Assembly: GCA_905178155.1 (NCBI GenBank)
Contig: CAJINV010000006.1
Span: 3,284,437-3,348,436 of the forward strand
Source of the DNA: Amoebophrya sp. A120
Lineage: Eukaryota > Protista > Dinoflagellata
Direction of reading: 5' to 3'
DNA length: 64,000 nucleotides
Positions within the stretch are counted from its first letter, which is position 1; every line of letters starts with the position of its first letter. A program made the position numbers and the translations under genes. The notes below the pieces were generated by a model. That model was not told the DNA's origin, did no database searches, and saw only the letters and a list, made by a program, of their open reading frames with translations. Positions 1 to 12,190 of this stretch are shown here, in pieces.

Positions 1-3000
1 AACGTGAAGAGGCGGTGGCAGATGGAAGTGTAAATGTAAATGATGTTGACGCCGGCGTCGAAGGAGCAAAAATGAAGGAGGCAGCACGACCCAAAGCGAC
101 GTCAGTATCACCTTCCGCCGATCGGGATCAGGAAGTTGACGGTCGTGCAGCGAAGGGAGGTGTCGGCCAGCAGACCAGTTGTGCTGTTTTCGCGTCACAG
201 AAAAATGATGGTGATAGGAGTCCAGCAGCTGCAGTTCCTGAAGCAGCCTCAGGACTACAAGCTGCCGACCCGTCAGCACGGAAAAATACTTCTGCCGAGA
301 GCCACGAACTTGAACAACCGAAGCACCGGCCCAGCAGTCAATCCTCCGGAGCCAGTTTGGAGATCTTGGGCGAAACCAAACCAGATAGCGTCGATGCTTT
401 ATCCAGCAAGAAGCCCCCACTTCTACCCCCGCAGGTACAGCAGCAAGACGAAACGGTCGGGCAAGTCGACTCCGCCGGTAGGCTGATATCAAATACAAAT
501 ATGTCTGGGTCTGGAAGAATGCAGGAGTTTGTCATGCAGATTAAGCATGACCCATGAGATCTGTGATGCATGCCCGAGCATCACAGGTTTTGAGCAGGTA
601 CCCCAATGCCTAATCCGCATGACAAATCCCCTCTTTCAGTGACAAGAAGCGGGTCCTTTTGCTGGCGGTGCATGACAGATCTCGGCATGCTGTAGAATTC
701 GCATCACAATTTCGAATCCTTCCAGACCCAGACACATTTGCAATGCATAACTGAAGGGCGCGATCAAAAAGGCGCCGGATAAGGTTTTCAAAAATTTGAA
801 ATTCCTATGCACCGCAAAAGTATCGTACTAGTAGGAATCGCATCACAAATGTCCTCAGCATGAGAAATGAAATTTGTCATGCGGACGCAACGTGACAGAA
901 AATTTTGTAATGCACAAATGCGATTACTCTTACTGCGCGATGCTCTTGCAATGCATAACTCCACGATTTTGGCAACGTGCTGATTATCGAGGCCTGCACC
1001 TTTGACAAAAAAGAACTGGCTATGATTTCCTGGCGGACGTTAGGCGGAAGTGTGGAAGCCGGGTGTATCTGTAATCGGAAATATGTGAGCCTGGATCTGT
1101 TTTTCAAAAGAGAAGAGGAGGCGGATTTTAGAAAAAGAAGCAGAGCTGGGGCAGAAGTACTCAAGAAGCGCGGAGATGGTCGGGGCACAGAAGGAGAAGA
1201 AGTAGAAGACGGCGCGAAAAAATTGCAGCTTCTACCCGGTCGTGGCCCGCCCAGCGGCCACGACGACAATTCCACCTCTCCAACTGAGCTGTTCCCCGGT
1301 TGCCACGAGGTCCCCATTCACCTTCCCTTCCGTACTGCCAAGCACGCGGGAGACGAAATTTGTCCCGCCGTGCTGCAGATGGCCGCGTCGCAGACGGCGA
1401 TGTTGTACGCATTTGAGCTGCTGGTGAAGTATCAACTGTAAAAATGTCTGGGTCTGGAAGAATTCATGTTTGTCATGCTTGTCTGGCATGACTCTTAAAT
1501 CTGTCATGGACGTTATCCAAGAGCTCCGTTTTTCTGTGAACCAGAAGCGCAGTTTGTCATGCAGAATAGGCAACACCTAGGAGCTCAGAAACTTGTCATG
1601 CTGAGCCAGCATTTGTAGCCTCATCACGAGACGCCACCCAGCATCACAAGTTCCCAGACCCAGACACTTTTACTTTTGATATGAAGCGGTTGGAGCCAAA
1701 TTTGCTTTTGAGCTACGACATCCCGGAGGGCCTGGGGCTGGTGATGTACCACGGGAGGAAGGAAAACATGCAGGTGAGACTGTCGAGAGTGCCCGCGGAG
1801 GAAAGAAGTTTCATCAATCCTTCTTTCGTTGCTGCTAGTGGTGGTGCTGTGGGACGACCAGGGACCGGAACAGGCGGTCCGAGGCCGGGGGGCGTGCAGC
1901 AGGTAGGCTTCAACCGAGGTGGTCAATTTTCAGGACTAGGACAACATCAAACTGCACCGATGCAGCAGTTGAACCAGTTTGCACAGCAGCTGCCTTACGG
2001 CAGTTCCTTCCAACAACAGCGTCCCACGATAAGCCGCGCTCCTTCCGGGGCTGCAGTGGTGGAAGTCGCAGCTGCAGGTTCTTCTTTCGCGTTTTCCCGC
2101 CAGACAGCTCATATCAAGCACGAAGGCCGTGATCGTGTAGAACAAACTTCCTTTCTCAACCAGGACAAAGAGGCCCTCAACGGAGATTTTAGCCAAGCGT
2201 CTGATGAGGACAACCAGAACCATTTCAAGATGATAAGCAATTGCAATACAAATTCTCGCACACGACGTATAAAATGCATCACAAATAATAGAAATAACTT
2301 CGCCACGTGACAACTTGGAGTGTTGTATACACTTGTCATGCGAGCCAGGAGCGAAGGCAAGGTCTGTCATGCAGCAGCCGCATTTGTACGTCGTGTGTGG
2401 GAATGAATGAATTTACAATTCATAGATGAAAGGACTGAACAACAACACGTCCTCGTCCGGAACGGAGAACGACAATGACATCTTCTATCACAGTGCACTA
2501 CTCCCCCTCCCCCCCATTTGTATAGCATGAACGGCACCACAAGCCTCAGCAACAGTGCCGGTTTCGCATGACAAATTTGCACTGGATTTTACTGCTATTT
2601 GGGCTAGTACCAGAACAACATGTCATGCAAACAGGAGTGCCAAGAAGCAAGAAAGGGTGGCTAGTGTATTTTGCATGACAGATGAGGGGGAGGTGGAGTT
2701 GTGCAGTGTCACAACCGCAACAACGCAAACAAAAACGACTCCGACAACGACTCAGATGACGAGAAAACTTTCCACGCGAAATACCCCGCGGAAAAATTAA
2801 CCGGCGGTGTGCAACTGAAGGGAAGATTGACTTTCAGCCTGTGGCGGGTGCTGCGGAAGCAGGCCAAGCTGCCGAATACGGAACTGAACACCGCCTGTGA
2901 GCAGCTGGTTGGGGAAAAATTTCCCACGTTCAGCAACGAAACGCTGAAAAAGTATTGCGAGCGCCCGGAGTTAGCGATTCACGCGATTCGGTACATGATA

Positions 3001-6000
3001 TGGATTGCAAAAGTATCGTACTATGTATGAATTGCATGATCACAAATCATGTTTGCAAGAAGAAAAGTGTGATTTTTTGTAATGCTGGTTTACCTAAAGT
3101 ACGGGTTTTGCTTGCCCCCTGCCATAGCCATTACTACGAGTACGATATGATTTTTCCAGTGCATACGCGATCCGCAAGTGCAACGCTTCGTTTAACATTC
3201 TGCAATCCATGGACTTGATGCAGAAGTGCGCCGAAGTTTCCCGGTTGCTTGGCGTGGACTTTTTCTCGGTCTTGTCCCGGGGCTCTCAGTTCCGAGTTGA
3301 GTCGATTTTATCCCGGGCGGCGCACAGCGACAAATTTGTGCTGCTGACGCCAACGAAAAATGACGTGCGGAACCAGCGGGCGCACGAATGTACGCCTTTG
3401 GTGCTGTATCAAAATGAAAAATCCTCCTCCCCATTCTAAAACGGAGATTTGTGTAGCATGATTTGCTACCACAAATCATGTTGTCATGCTAGAAGGCAAA
3501 CGATCGATGCGGACTGCAGTGCTGGCTGGCGTGGGAAGGCCTTGCATCTTTCGCATGCCCGGAGGCAATTCCAAGTGGTAAACAGCATGACAAAAATCCA
3601 GGCCACAGCTGCGTCTCTTGGCCTTCTAGCAATACAAGTCGACTTGTATACGCAAATCCAGCATCACAGACGTCCCTTTCAATATAATGGGGAGGGGGGT
3701 TTTTTCCTCGCAATATTCTGGAGCCGAAGTCCGATTTCTACTACGATCCGGTGCTGATTGTGGATTTTCAGTCCCTCTACCCCAGTATTATGATTGCGTA
3801 TAACATGTGCTTTTCGACTATGGAAGTGTCAGAATCGAAACTGACAAAGTCGAACAATTTGTAAATGCATAAAATCGATACCAGTTGGACTTGGAGCTTC
3901 AGTTAGCAAGTGGCCCATGACAAATTTCGCAAGCACCCACATCCAGCCTGTCATGCTGTTTGGGCAAAGAAGACTGCTGCTGTCGTGCTACTCTGGCAGC
4001 GAATCGCCCCCCCTAAACAGGCTTGCAATCGGTCTCATTTGCGTGCTCCCCAACACAGGCCACACGTGCCCTACATGTTACGCATTACTTTTCGATTCTG
4101 ACGCTTCCATATCGACCTGTATTGGCAGACTGGAAAACGCGGGAGACAGGATTATGGAGGATAACATTTTCCGCAGGACAAAGTTCGACAACGACATGCG
4201 GGGCGGGCCTAAGAGCGGAGCCGACTTTGAAAGCAAAAGCGGGGCAGAACAATTTCTTGGAGGTGACAAAGACCACAAATTTGACGAAGATGAAACAGAT
4301 AAAAGCAAAACCAACTTCCCTAACTGGATCAATCGATTGGTAGAGCAGTGTCTACGCGAAGAGCTGGTAAGGAAGGCCAAGATGAAAGCTACTTCAATAG
4401 AGCAAAAAGAAAATCCCGAAGATGACAAGTCCGATGACGACGACCCGACTCTGAAGGAAGAAGTCCAGTATCTTTTGCAAAAGTATCGTAATCGTAGTAG
4501 TCGCAGGTATGCATTACAAATCGAGTTGGTTAGGTAAACCCGCATTACAAATTTGATTTGTAATGCAGAGGCAATTTGTATTGCGATTTTTACTTTGTAC
4601 GATACATTTCCAGTGCATATCCAGCGCTTTCTTACCAAACCGCGGAAGCTCGGTTGTCTGCAGGACTACAAACCGAATAAGAACGCAGATCTAGACTCCA
4701 CGATCGCTCTACGCAATACAAATTTATTGCCGTACACGTACAAATACAAAGAAAAAGCATACACAATTTTTCGGTCATGCAATTTGTCATGCTGAGTAAG
4801 CTTGCTGGAGGCGTGGGTGTCGAAATAGAGCAGCTGTATTGTCAACATGCATTTCCTCCAGATGCATTTGTGCGTGTACGGAATAAACTTTCCTGTTGAT
4901 CCAGTCTCCCGAACGGCGCCATTTTTATCCAGCATTTCAAAGGCGTGGTCACGAAGATTATGCAAGAAAAAAACTGTGTAAGTGTAAATCTGTGACGCAG
5001 AAAATGCAAAACAGTTACACTTGTCGCGCTGGACACGCATCAGAGGCAATTTTCGTGCGTTTTTTCACGTACTAGCTGCGCATGACAGGTTTTCTGTGTC
5101 ATGCAGAGCAAACTTGTGATGCTATTTTTCTCTTAAGACACTTACACTTACACAGTTTTTTTCCTGGATAAAGATGATTCACGAGATTCTGCAAACCCGA
5201 ATCATGCTGAAAAAATCGCTGAAGCTCCACCGGTATCAAATGCAAAAATGTCTGGGTCTGGAAGATTCATCTGAGACTTGTCATGCACGGCGTGCGTGAG
5301 CTATGATGTCTGTGATGCATGCCCTAGCATCACAGGTCTTTTGAGGGGTTCTTGATGCCTATTCCGCATGACAAATGCCCTCTCCGCGTAGCAGAAATTA
5401 GAGCCCTTTTGCTGCTCATGCAACACAAATTTTTTAGACATCCAAATGCAGCATCACAAGTTGCATCCTTCCAGACCCAGACACTTTTGCATTTGATAAC
5501 CGGAAAGCGAAGAAGTCCGACCCGGATTTGGAGCGGCTGTTGGAAGCCCGGATTTTCGGATTGAAAATGGTCGCAAACGTGACCTTATGAATTGCAAAAG
5601 CGAATCGTACTCGTATAAATGCATTACAAATTCTCACAGCATGAGAAATAAAATTTGTAATGCGGAGTTACCTTGAGAAAAAAATTTGTGATGCACGACT
5701 GCAATTTTTACTACGAGTGCGATACGTTTGCAATGCATACACCTACGGCTACATCGGCGCGGCGTACTCTGGCCGAATGCCGTGCTGCGACTATCCTCTG
5801 CAAAAGTATCGCACTCGTAGTAATCTTCACAGTCATGCAAGACAAATTTCTTTTTCAAGCTAAATCAGCATGGCAAATTCCATTTGTCATACTGAGCAAA
5901 TTTGTAATGCGATTTCTACTAGTACGATGCTTTTGCATTTCATAGCGACGTTGCCGATGCGATTGTTTACACCGCACGAAGGACGCTGGAGGATACCATG

Positions 6001-9000
6001 CGGGTGATCGAAAGGGAGTTCAAAAACTGCGAGGTGGTTTACGGTGATACCGATTCGGTTTTCGTCCGGGTGAAAAACTGCGACTCTTTGAATACGGCGT
6101 TTAACACGGGCGAAGCCATTGTGCGGAAAATCACTGAGCGGCACCCCTGGCCCATGGAGTTGGAGCTGGAAAAGGTGTACTGGCCGTGCTGCCTGGTGTC
6201 GAAGAAGCGGTACGTTGGTTACAGCTACTCTTCCAGGGACCAGAAAGCCCCTTCGTTTGACGCCAAGGGGATTGAGACGGTGCGGAGGGACAGCTTATGA
6301 CAGTGCACAAGAACTCCCCCTCCCCTTCATTTGTATTGCACGAACAGCAATACAGACACGCCCACATGTGGAGCCTGTGCATGACAAGTTCATGCGCCTA
6401 GTGTAGTACTGTTAGGGCTCCTTCCGGAATCTGTCATGCACACAGTACCAAGCAGCAGCGCTTGGATTTGGTATTTTGCGTGACAAATGAGGGGGAGAGG
6501 GAGTTCTTGTGCACTCTCATACAGCTGCCGCTGGACGCAGGAGAATATGAAGAAGGTTTTGGAAATCATGTTCTCCGGGGTCCAGGAGCATCTCTGGGGG
6601 AAGATGGAAGGGATTAGTTTGGATAAAGAAGGAGATGACCAGGAAATAAACAACAACAAAAAGCAGCAGGTTGAAAAGAATCATGATCATCCAGACTATC
6701 TCGCTGAAAGCTCGCATGACAAGTTTTACGACGAGCCAGTGTCGTGGAAACGGAAGAAGTTGAAGTTGCAGCAGCGCAACGTGAAACTAGCGAAGCAGTT
6801 TTTCCAGGAACAGGCACTGAGGATCAGGAACAACGAAGTTTCGAAGTCCGACTTGCTGTTCTACAAAGAAACCAGAAGACTCGAGGATTACGCGGTGCTG
6901 CCAGTTCATGCGTACATTGTAGAGAAATCGAAACTGATCCCAAATAAACGTGTGCCCTACGGTATGCATTGCAAAAGTATAAATCGTTGTACCTACTAAA
7001 CTTAGCGGAAATGGCATGACAACTTTCCTCAGCATGGAGAAATGCAATTTGTAATGCGGTTTTACGACCTTGACGAGACGTACATTTATAGTGCATCACT
7101 GCGATCAGGATTACTGCGGGTACGAAGATGCTTTTGCAATGGATATACGGGATCTCCGAGGGGCACGGGCGGTTACTGGATAAAGCCCGGGTATGGAAGC
7201 TTCAGGACTGAAATCGTCAAAGTTGAAATAGTTTGTAATGCATAAAATGGGTGAAAGTTGTAACCCAGTTTCCAAGTGCCGCATGACAAATTTGGGTAGG
7301 GCCGAAATCCAGTCTGTAATGCTGTTTGGGTAAGGAAGACGCCGGCTGTCATGCTACTTTAGCAGCGCAGTTTCTACCCCTCCACAGGCTTACAATCTGC
7401 CTCACTTGCCTACTCTGCAAGACAGGCACATTGTGGGCTGCGCTTTATGCATGACAAATCATCTCAACTTTGTCGATTTCACTCCTGATACATCCATACC
7501 GGGCGCCGAAAAACTTCGTCTACCCGGACGCGGAATATTATCTGCTGAAACATTTGATCCCCGCACTGCAACGGCTTTTCACCAACATATGACAGTACAC
7601 AACTCCCCCTCGTCATTTGTAGGGCATAAACAGCATTACAAACACCAGTAGAGGTGGACCCTGTGCATGACAAGTTCATGAGCCGAGTGTAGTACTGTTT
7701 TGATTCCCAGCGGAATTTGTCATGCACGCGGTGCCACAGGGTAGCAAGTGAGTTTGGGTTTTTGCATGACGAATGAGGGGGAGTAGTTGTGCACTGTCAT
7801 ACAATATTGGGGAGGACGTGAAGTCCTGGCTCCCGATCAAGCACCGGAACCTGCTAGCGCCCGCGAAAATCCTCGGCGGGTTGCAGCTGAAGCCGGGGCC
7901 GTTGGTGAAGTTATCACAGGAAACAAGGAGTGTATACAGTTGCACATGTGTTGGAATTTCTGCATCACAAAGTTGTTCGACATGGCCAAGAAATAAACCT
8001 GTGATGCGCAGACTACAATGGAAAACACGCACGAAATAAGGCTGGCAAGCATTTTCTGCATGACAGAGGTTGTCTGTCTTGCGTGTCTTCCATTACAGTG
8101 TGTAACTGTAACACTTTTTTCTCACGATACAAGTTCTTGAAAAAGCAGTGCACCGTTTGCAAGGCGGTGATTTTGCCTGAGGCGAGTGCTAGTGCAGCTG
8201 GCGGGAAGATGCGGGAGAAGCAGATGAATCCTGCAGGAAATAAGACGAACAGCAAGATGACCACTTCCGGCCTGGTTCTCGGGGAAGGTTTATCGGCTGT
8301 GCAACTGTGCCCCAAGTGTTTGGAGCATCCGGAGAAGCTGTTGCGCATGATAGGATCTGGGGTTTCATCAACATCTGCTGGCACGACAAGAAGTGCGATC
8401 AGCAACGCAAATTCGGTGCAGGCGTATGAACTGCAAAAGTATCGTACTCGTATAAATGCATCACAAATTTTCTCCGCATGAGAAATAAAATTTGCCACGC
8501 TGATTTACCTTGAGAAAAATGTTTGTAATGCAAGAAGTGCATTTATACGAGTGCGATACTTTTGCACAGGATAAGACGCTTTATTCAACAATAAGAACTA
8601 CAGCAACGACGAACAATATCGTTGGGCAAAAACTGCTATCCTGTGCAAAAGTATCGTACTCGTACTAGTAATTGCATTCATGCATAATTACAAGTCGTCT
8701 CCCTAGTCAGAAATCCGCATTACAAATTCAGATTTTATTTCTCGTCATGCTGAGGAAATTTGTAATGCATTGTTATACGAGTGCGATACTTTTGCATTGC
8801 ATAGCTGCAAATGCGGCAGGAATTGAAGGATATCGAGGACACAACATGCGCCGACTGCGTCCAAGCCCCGCACCCGATGGTATGCATTGCAAAAGTATCG
8901 TACTAGTATAAAAAATGCATTACAAATTTCCTCAGCAAGAGAAATATATTTTGTAATGCGGATCTACCTTGAGAAAAAGATTTGCTTTTGCAATGCATGA

Positions 9001-9373
9001 TTGCAATTGCTACGAGTGCGATACTTTTGCAGTGTATAGATGGCACAGCTCTGCGAAAGTTTTGACTGCGCGGTGTTGGTATGGATTGCAAAAGTGTCTG
9101 GGTCTGGAAGGTTGGAACCTGTGATGCGCATTTCAGAACACACAAAAATCTCGCATGCATAGGTAGCAAAAGCTGCCCACTTTCTGTCACCAAAATGGGG
9201 GATTTGTCATGCGGGTTCGGCATTGCGCAAGCTTCTCGAAACCTGTGATGCTAGAGCTTCCATGCCAAACCTTCCGTGTCATGCACAAACAGCATGACTC
9301 TTCCAGACCCAGACATTTTTACATTTGATAGTTGGGAAAAAAAGCGCTGCTGTGCGAGCTGAGTGGATTGTAG
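1..9373 (+). CDS. REV3: DNA polymerase zeta catalytic subunit (family B), 5'-truncated by window, 23 introner introns
   Basis: Hand-splicing gives VLSRGSQFRVES, EPKSDFYYDPVLIVDFQSLYPSIMIAYNMCFSTCIGR, LKMVANVTYGY..SGRMPC, VVYGDTDSVFV, ELEKVY..KKRYVGY, FDAKGIETVRRD, RVPY, EYYLLKHLIPALQRLF and C-terminal Cys clusters (CTVC, CPKC, CADC, CESFDC); stop TAG 9371-9373. Confidence 0.95.
487..749. mobile_element. Introner family A (TIR ..TGTCTGGGTCTGGAAG)
   Basis: TAT..ATA TIRs, TSD gctga/actga, removal gives RLKGAIKK. Confidence 0.9.
806..957. mobile_element. Introner family B (TIR ..AAAAGTATCGTACT)
   Basis: TSD attcc/actcc, removal gives LKFHDFG. Confidence 0.9.
1430..1681. mobile_element. Introner family A
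   Basis: Perfect TSD tgaag; LVKRLEP restored. Confidence 0.95.
2234..2424. mobile_element. Introner family K, left end eroded (TAA)
   Basis: Perfect TSD gatga, frame restored. Confidence 0.85.
2486..2713. mobile_element. Introner family E (CAGTGCAC..CTCCCCCTC), right end eroded
   Basis: TIR visible, TSD decayed, removing element+5 nt restores frame. Confidence 0.8.
2999..3165. mobile_element. Introner family B
   Basis: TSD catga/cgcga, frame restored. Confidence 0.85.
3407..3715. mobile_element. Introner family C (AAAAATCC..CTCCCC)
   Basis: TSD tgctg/ttctg; PLVLEPKS restored. Confidence 0.9.
3819..4111. mobile_element. Introner family D (TATGGAA..TCAG)
   Basis: Perfect TSD tcgac; FSTCIGR restored. 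Confidence 0.95.
4469..4619. mobile_element. Introner family B
   Basis: Perfect TSD tccag. Confidence 0.95.
4710..4903. mobile_element. Introner family K, both ends eroded (boundaries approximate)
   Basis: Inner TIR ccgtacacgtacaaat/atttgtgcgtgtacgg; lies between STIA and PNGAIF. Confidence 0.7.
4959..5170. mobile_element. Introner family G (AAAAAACTGT..)
   Basis: Perfect TSD aagat; TKMIHEIL restored. Confidence 0.95.
5234..5498. mobile_element. Introner family A
   Basis: Perfect TSD accgg. Confidence 0.95.
5586..5739. mobile_element. Introner family B
   Basis: TSD gacct/cacct; NVTYGY restored. Confidence 0.95.
5792..5944. mobile_element. Introner family B
   Basis: Perfect TSD gcgac; PCCDVADAIV restored. 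Confidence 0.95.
6296..6521. mobile_element. Introner family E
   Basis: Perfect TSD cagct; RRDSCRW restored. Confidence 0.95.
6963..7145. mobile_element. Introner family B
   Basis: Perfect TSD tacgg. Confidence 0.9.
7192..7498. mobile_element. Introner family D
   Basis: Perfect TSD ccggg. Confidence 0.95.
7588..7801. mobile_element. Introner family E
   Basis: TSD caaca/caata. Confidence 0.9.
7912..8129. mobile_element. Introner, G-like
   Basis: TSD gaagt/caagt; VKFLKKQC restored. Confidence 0.85.
8425..8573. mobile_element. Introner family B
   Basis: TSD aggcg/agacg. Confidence 0.9.
8637..8803. mobile_element. Introner family B
   Basis: TSD actgc/gctgc. Confidence 0.9.
8881..9038. mobile_element. 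Introner family B
   Basis: Perfect TSD gatgg. Confidence 0.95.
9080..9330. mobile_element. Introner family A
   Basis: Perfect TSD gttgg. Confidence 0.95.
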
Positions 9374-10227
9374 GTGATGCTGATGTGAGACGAGCAGGAT
9401 CCCTTTGTTTGTTTATGTACTAGGTGCGCACGACCACGACCTCTATCGCAAGAACTGAACCGAGCCGCCTAAGGAGTGCGAGAAGAAAGTATCGTCGCTC
9501 CAGCGCCAGGGAAAGGCGCGTGTTGAGTGTTCTCCAAACATAGGACGAACCTAGTACCACTCTGCGAGGCCGCTCCGTGGAAGACTCTTCACGAAAGTTA
9601 TTTCTGGTTTGCTCACAGCGGCAGCTGAACAAGTTCAAGTTCTATACTTCGAGCCACCGATCTAGTTCTAGTTGTAGATCGCCGTACTAGTACAACACAG
9701 ATCGCGTTGATGATCATGATCCTAGAAGGAACCTATGTATAACTCATTTTGAAGTTGTTCAATGGTTCGATTTTTTTGTTGTTGCAACGGATCGAAAAAC
9801 AAAAATAGAAGCAAAAACGCTAGGAAACCTGAACTCGTGGTCAGCAGCACTACCGCTACCGGTGCCGAATCCTATTTTTCCTTTGCTTTATTCATTACAT
9901 CAGGCAATCTACTACGTAGATTTTCTCAAGCATATATACACCTGATTTTTGCAACAACCGCGACACAAAAACCACGACTGCGACGTACCTACTCGCTATC
10001 TTTTTCACGACGTTTAGATATGGGATAAGGGGGTGACGAACTGAAGAGCACACGACGACCGGAACGTAAGTACTTACAGCATAGGAGGACCTCGCTCCAG
10101 CTTTAGTGTTGTGGTCTCACTCACTTGACTCATTTTTTCAACATTCTTTGCCGATTTTCCACTCCGTCCTTTCTAGATCTTCTTTTCATTCGAAAGAAGT
10201 TTTATTTTTAATACTACCTCGCCACCC

Positions 10228-10959
10228 ATGCCCTGTTTCTACCACGCCACCTCTTGGCGCAACGCCGAGAGCATCGACAGTAACGGCTTCGTCATTGGAT
10301 GGGGCGGGCTCGCCGGCCCGGGAGTGTACGTTTGCGAGACGGAAGACCAGGCCTGTCGCCGTTGCCGGGGACCAGCCGATATGAATTTTGCAAGAGTACT
10401 ATCGTATGTAGGGGTAATTGCATCACAAATTATTTGTTATTGTTCAGCATAAGAGAGCGAATTGGAATTTGTAATGCGGATTCGGCGTCAATAAGAGACT
10501 TGTGATGCATGAATGCAAGTACTACGAGTGCGAAACTTTTGCAATGCATAACCGATGTGGTTTTCCAGGTGCGGACGTGGTATTGGCCTGACGCGGCGCC
10601 GGTTCCGGGAAACTACATTATTTACATATCAACTGCAAAAGTGTCTGGGTCTGGAAGATTCTAAACTTGTAATGCTGTCGCTGGATTCATCTAAAAACAT
10701 TTGTATTGCATGACCAGCAAGAGGACTCCAGTTTGTGCTACACGGACAGGGCATTTCTCATGCGGTAGAGGCATCACAAAGTCCTCTAGCAATATGTGAT
10801 GCTAGGGCATGCATCACAGACATCATGGGTCATTCAAAATATGCATGACAAACCTGGCAATCTTCCAGACCCAGACACTTTTGCAGTTGATATTACAACC
10901 CGAGCCACGAAATTCAGTCCTATCGGTGGTATTGGGACTGCCAGCATGGGTATTCGTAG
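10228..10959 (+). CDS. 94-aa minimal ADP-ribosyltransferase/PARP-fold (Gig2-like) protein, 2 introners
   Basis: Spliced MPCFYHATSWRNAESIDSNGF..GGLAGPGVYV..GNYIIYNPSHEIQ..; YHxT, GF, GxGVY and YIIYNP follow the HYE-clade ART pattern. Confidence 0.7.
10380..10550. mobile_element. Introner family B
   Basis: TSD gccga/accga. Confidence 0.9.
10627..10892. mobile_element. Introner family A
   Basis: Perfect TSD ttaca. Confidence 0.95.
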
Positions 10960-12190
10960 ATGCAAATATTAAAGCGAACGGCTGTTTTTACAACTGCAGC
11001 CTTGTTGACAGAAGCCCAAGCCTCGCTTGGCGGACGGGGACAAGGTGCGCGGGTGTAAGTCGTCCTCGTCTAGTGTGACAACGCTGGTGGGTTTTAACTT
11101 TATTCCTTGAGCTGAAGCTTCTTCAAGGCACGAAAAAGACAGTGTAAGATGATAATAGCGCAACAACAAACTACAACTACGGTTTTGGTGTGAAAGGTTC
11201 AAATTGCTGGTGGAACATGAACAATGACAGTCTCCTATGATTCATCCTTCCGGTAAAAATATTACTACCTGCTAGAAGAATTCTTGTCTTCGACATTACG
11301 ATCATCCTTTCCGCTGAGGTGGTTCAGAAACTCTCAACTCTATTGACGTTTTTCCATGCGTCGAAAATCGTACAGAAAAAAAAAGCCTAAACTTAACTGA
11401 GACGGATTTTGCAAAATAAAGATACGCCTTTTGATATTTCCGTGGTGGAGCCAGCTAACTCCAACGCCACACGGATAAATGATGAAGATCGAACAAGCTG
11501 AGTGAATTGATTGCGTGTTCTTCTTTCATCCCTGTATTCGCGGCGCGAGAATAAACCACCTATCAAGGCAGCTGACCATGATTTTTATGTGACAATGTAT
11601 GTCGAGTTCGTAAATAGTTAGCTCCCAAGAACATGGCAATTCGACTTGTGCCCCAAAATCATGAGTGCAGAAAGGTTTTTGATGCTGTCCTAGCTTATTT
11701 TCTGTCCCGGACTCTATTGAAGAAATCTATCTCGACGATAAAATTCAGCAAAGAAAAATCTTGGTCCTCTAGCACTGCGGACTACACAAAAAAAAAATCC
11801 TGCCACAGTTGTAAATCGATCCACGGACGTCGACCACGCGATCTTCAAATAATTTGGAAGCAAGTTCCACATCCAATTCCACTCCGCTGAACTGCGAGTG
11901 CGACGACCGATCTACTTCATGGAAATTAGATAAATGGCACTCGCACGACAAAAAAAGATCCACTGCGCGCGGCCGTCCTTCTTGTCTCAGATTTTCGAAG
12001 TGTAAATGACTGACTTTTCTTCATCTTTTTCATCATCCAGTGGGAGTTTATTTTACAACTGTATCGATCAACATTAGTTGTCTTGTCGTAAAGTTTTTGC
12101 ACCAGCAGCGAACACTATAATTTCTTCATCCTGTAGCTAGCAGTATATAGCCGTCACATCACCAAACAAGATACGTAGAATTATATCATT

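Noticed and set aside
487-749. TA target-site duplication (Tc1/mariner MITE interpretation)
   Set aside because: Removing the element between the TAs gives a frameshift and stop; the true repeat is the 5 bp outside TAT...ATA.
1466-1510. Internal motif as an RBFOX (U)GCAUG splicing element
   Set aside because: Frequent GCATTAC and GCATCAC variants break GCAUG, and the motif occurs on both strands.
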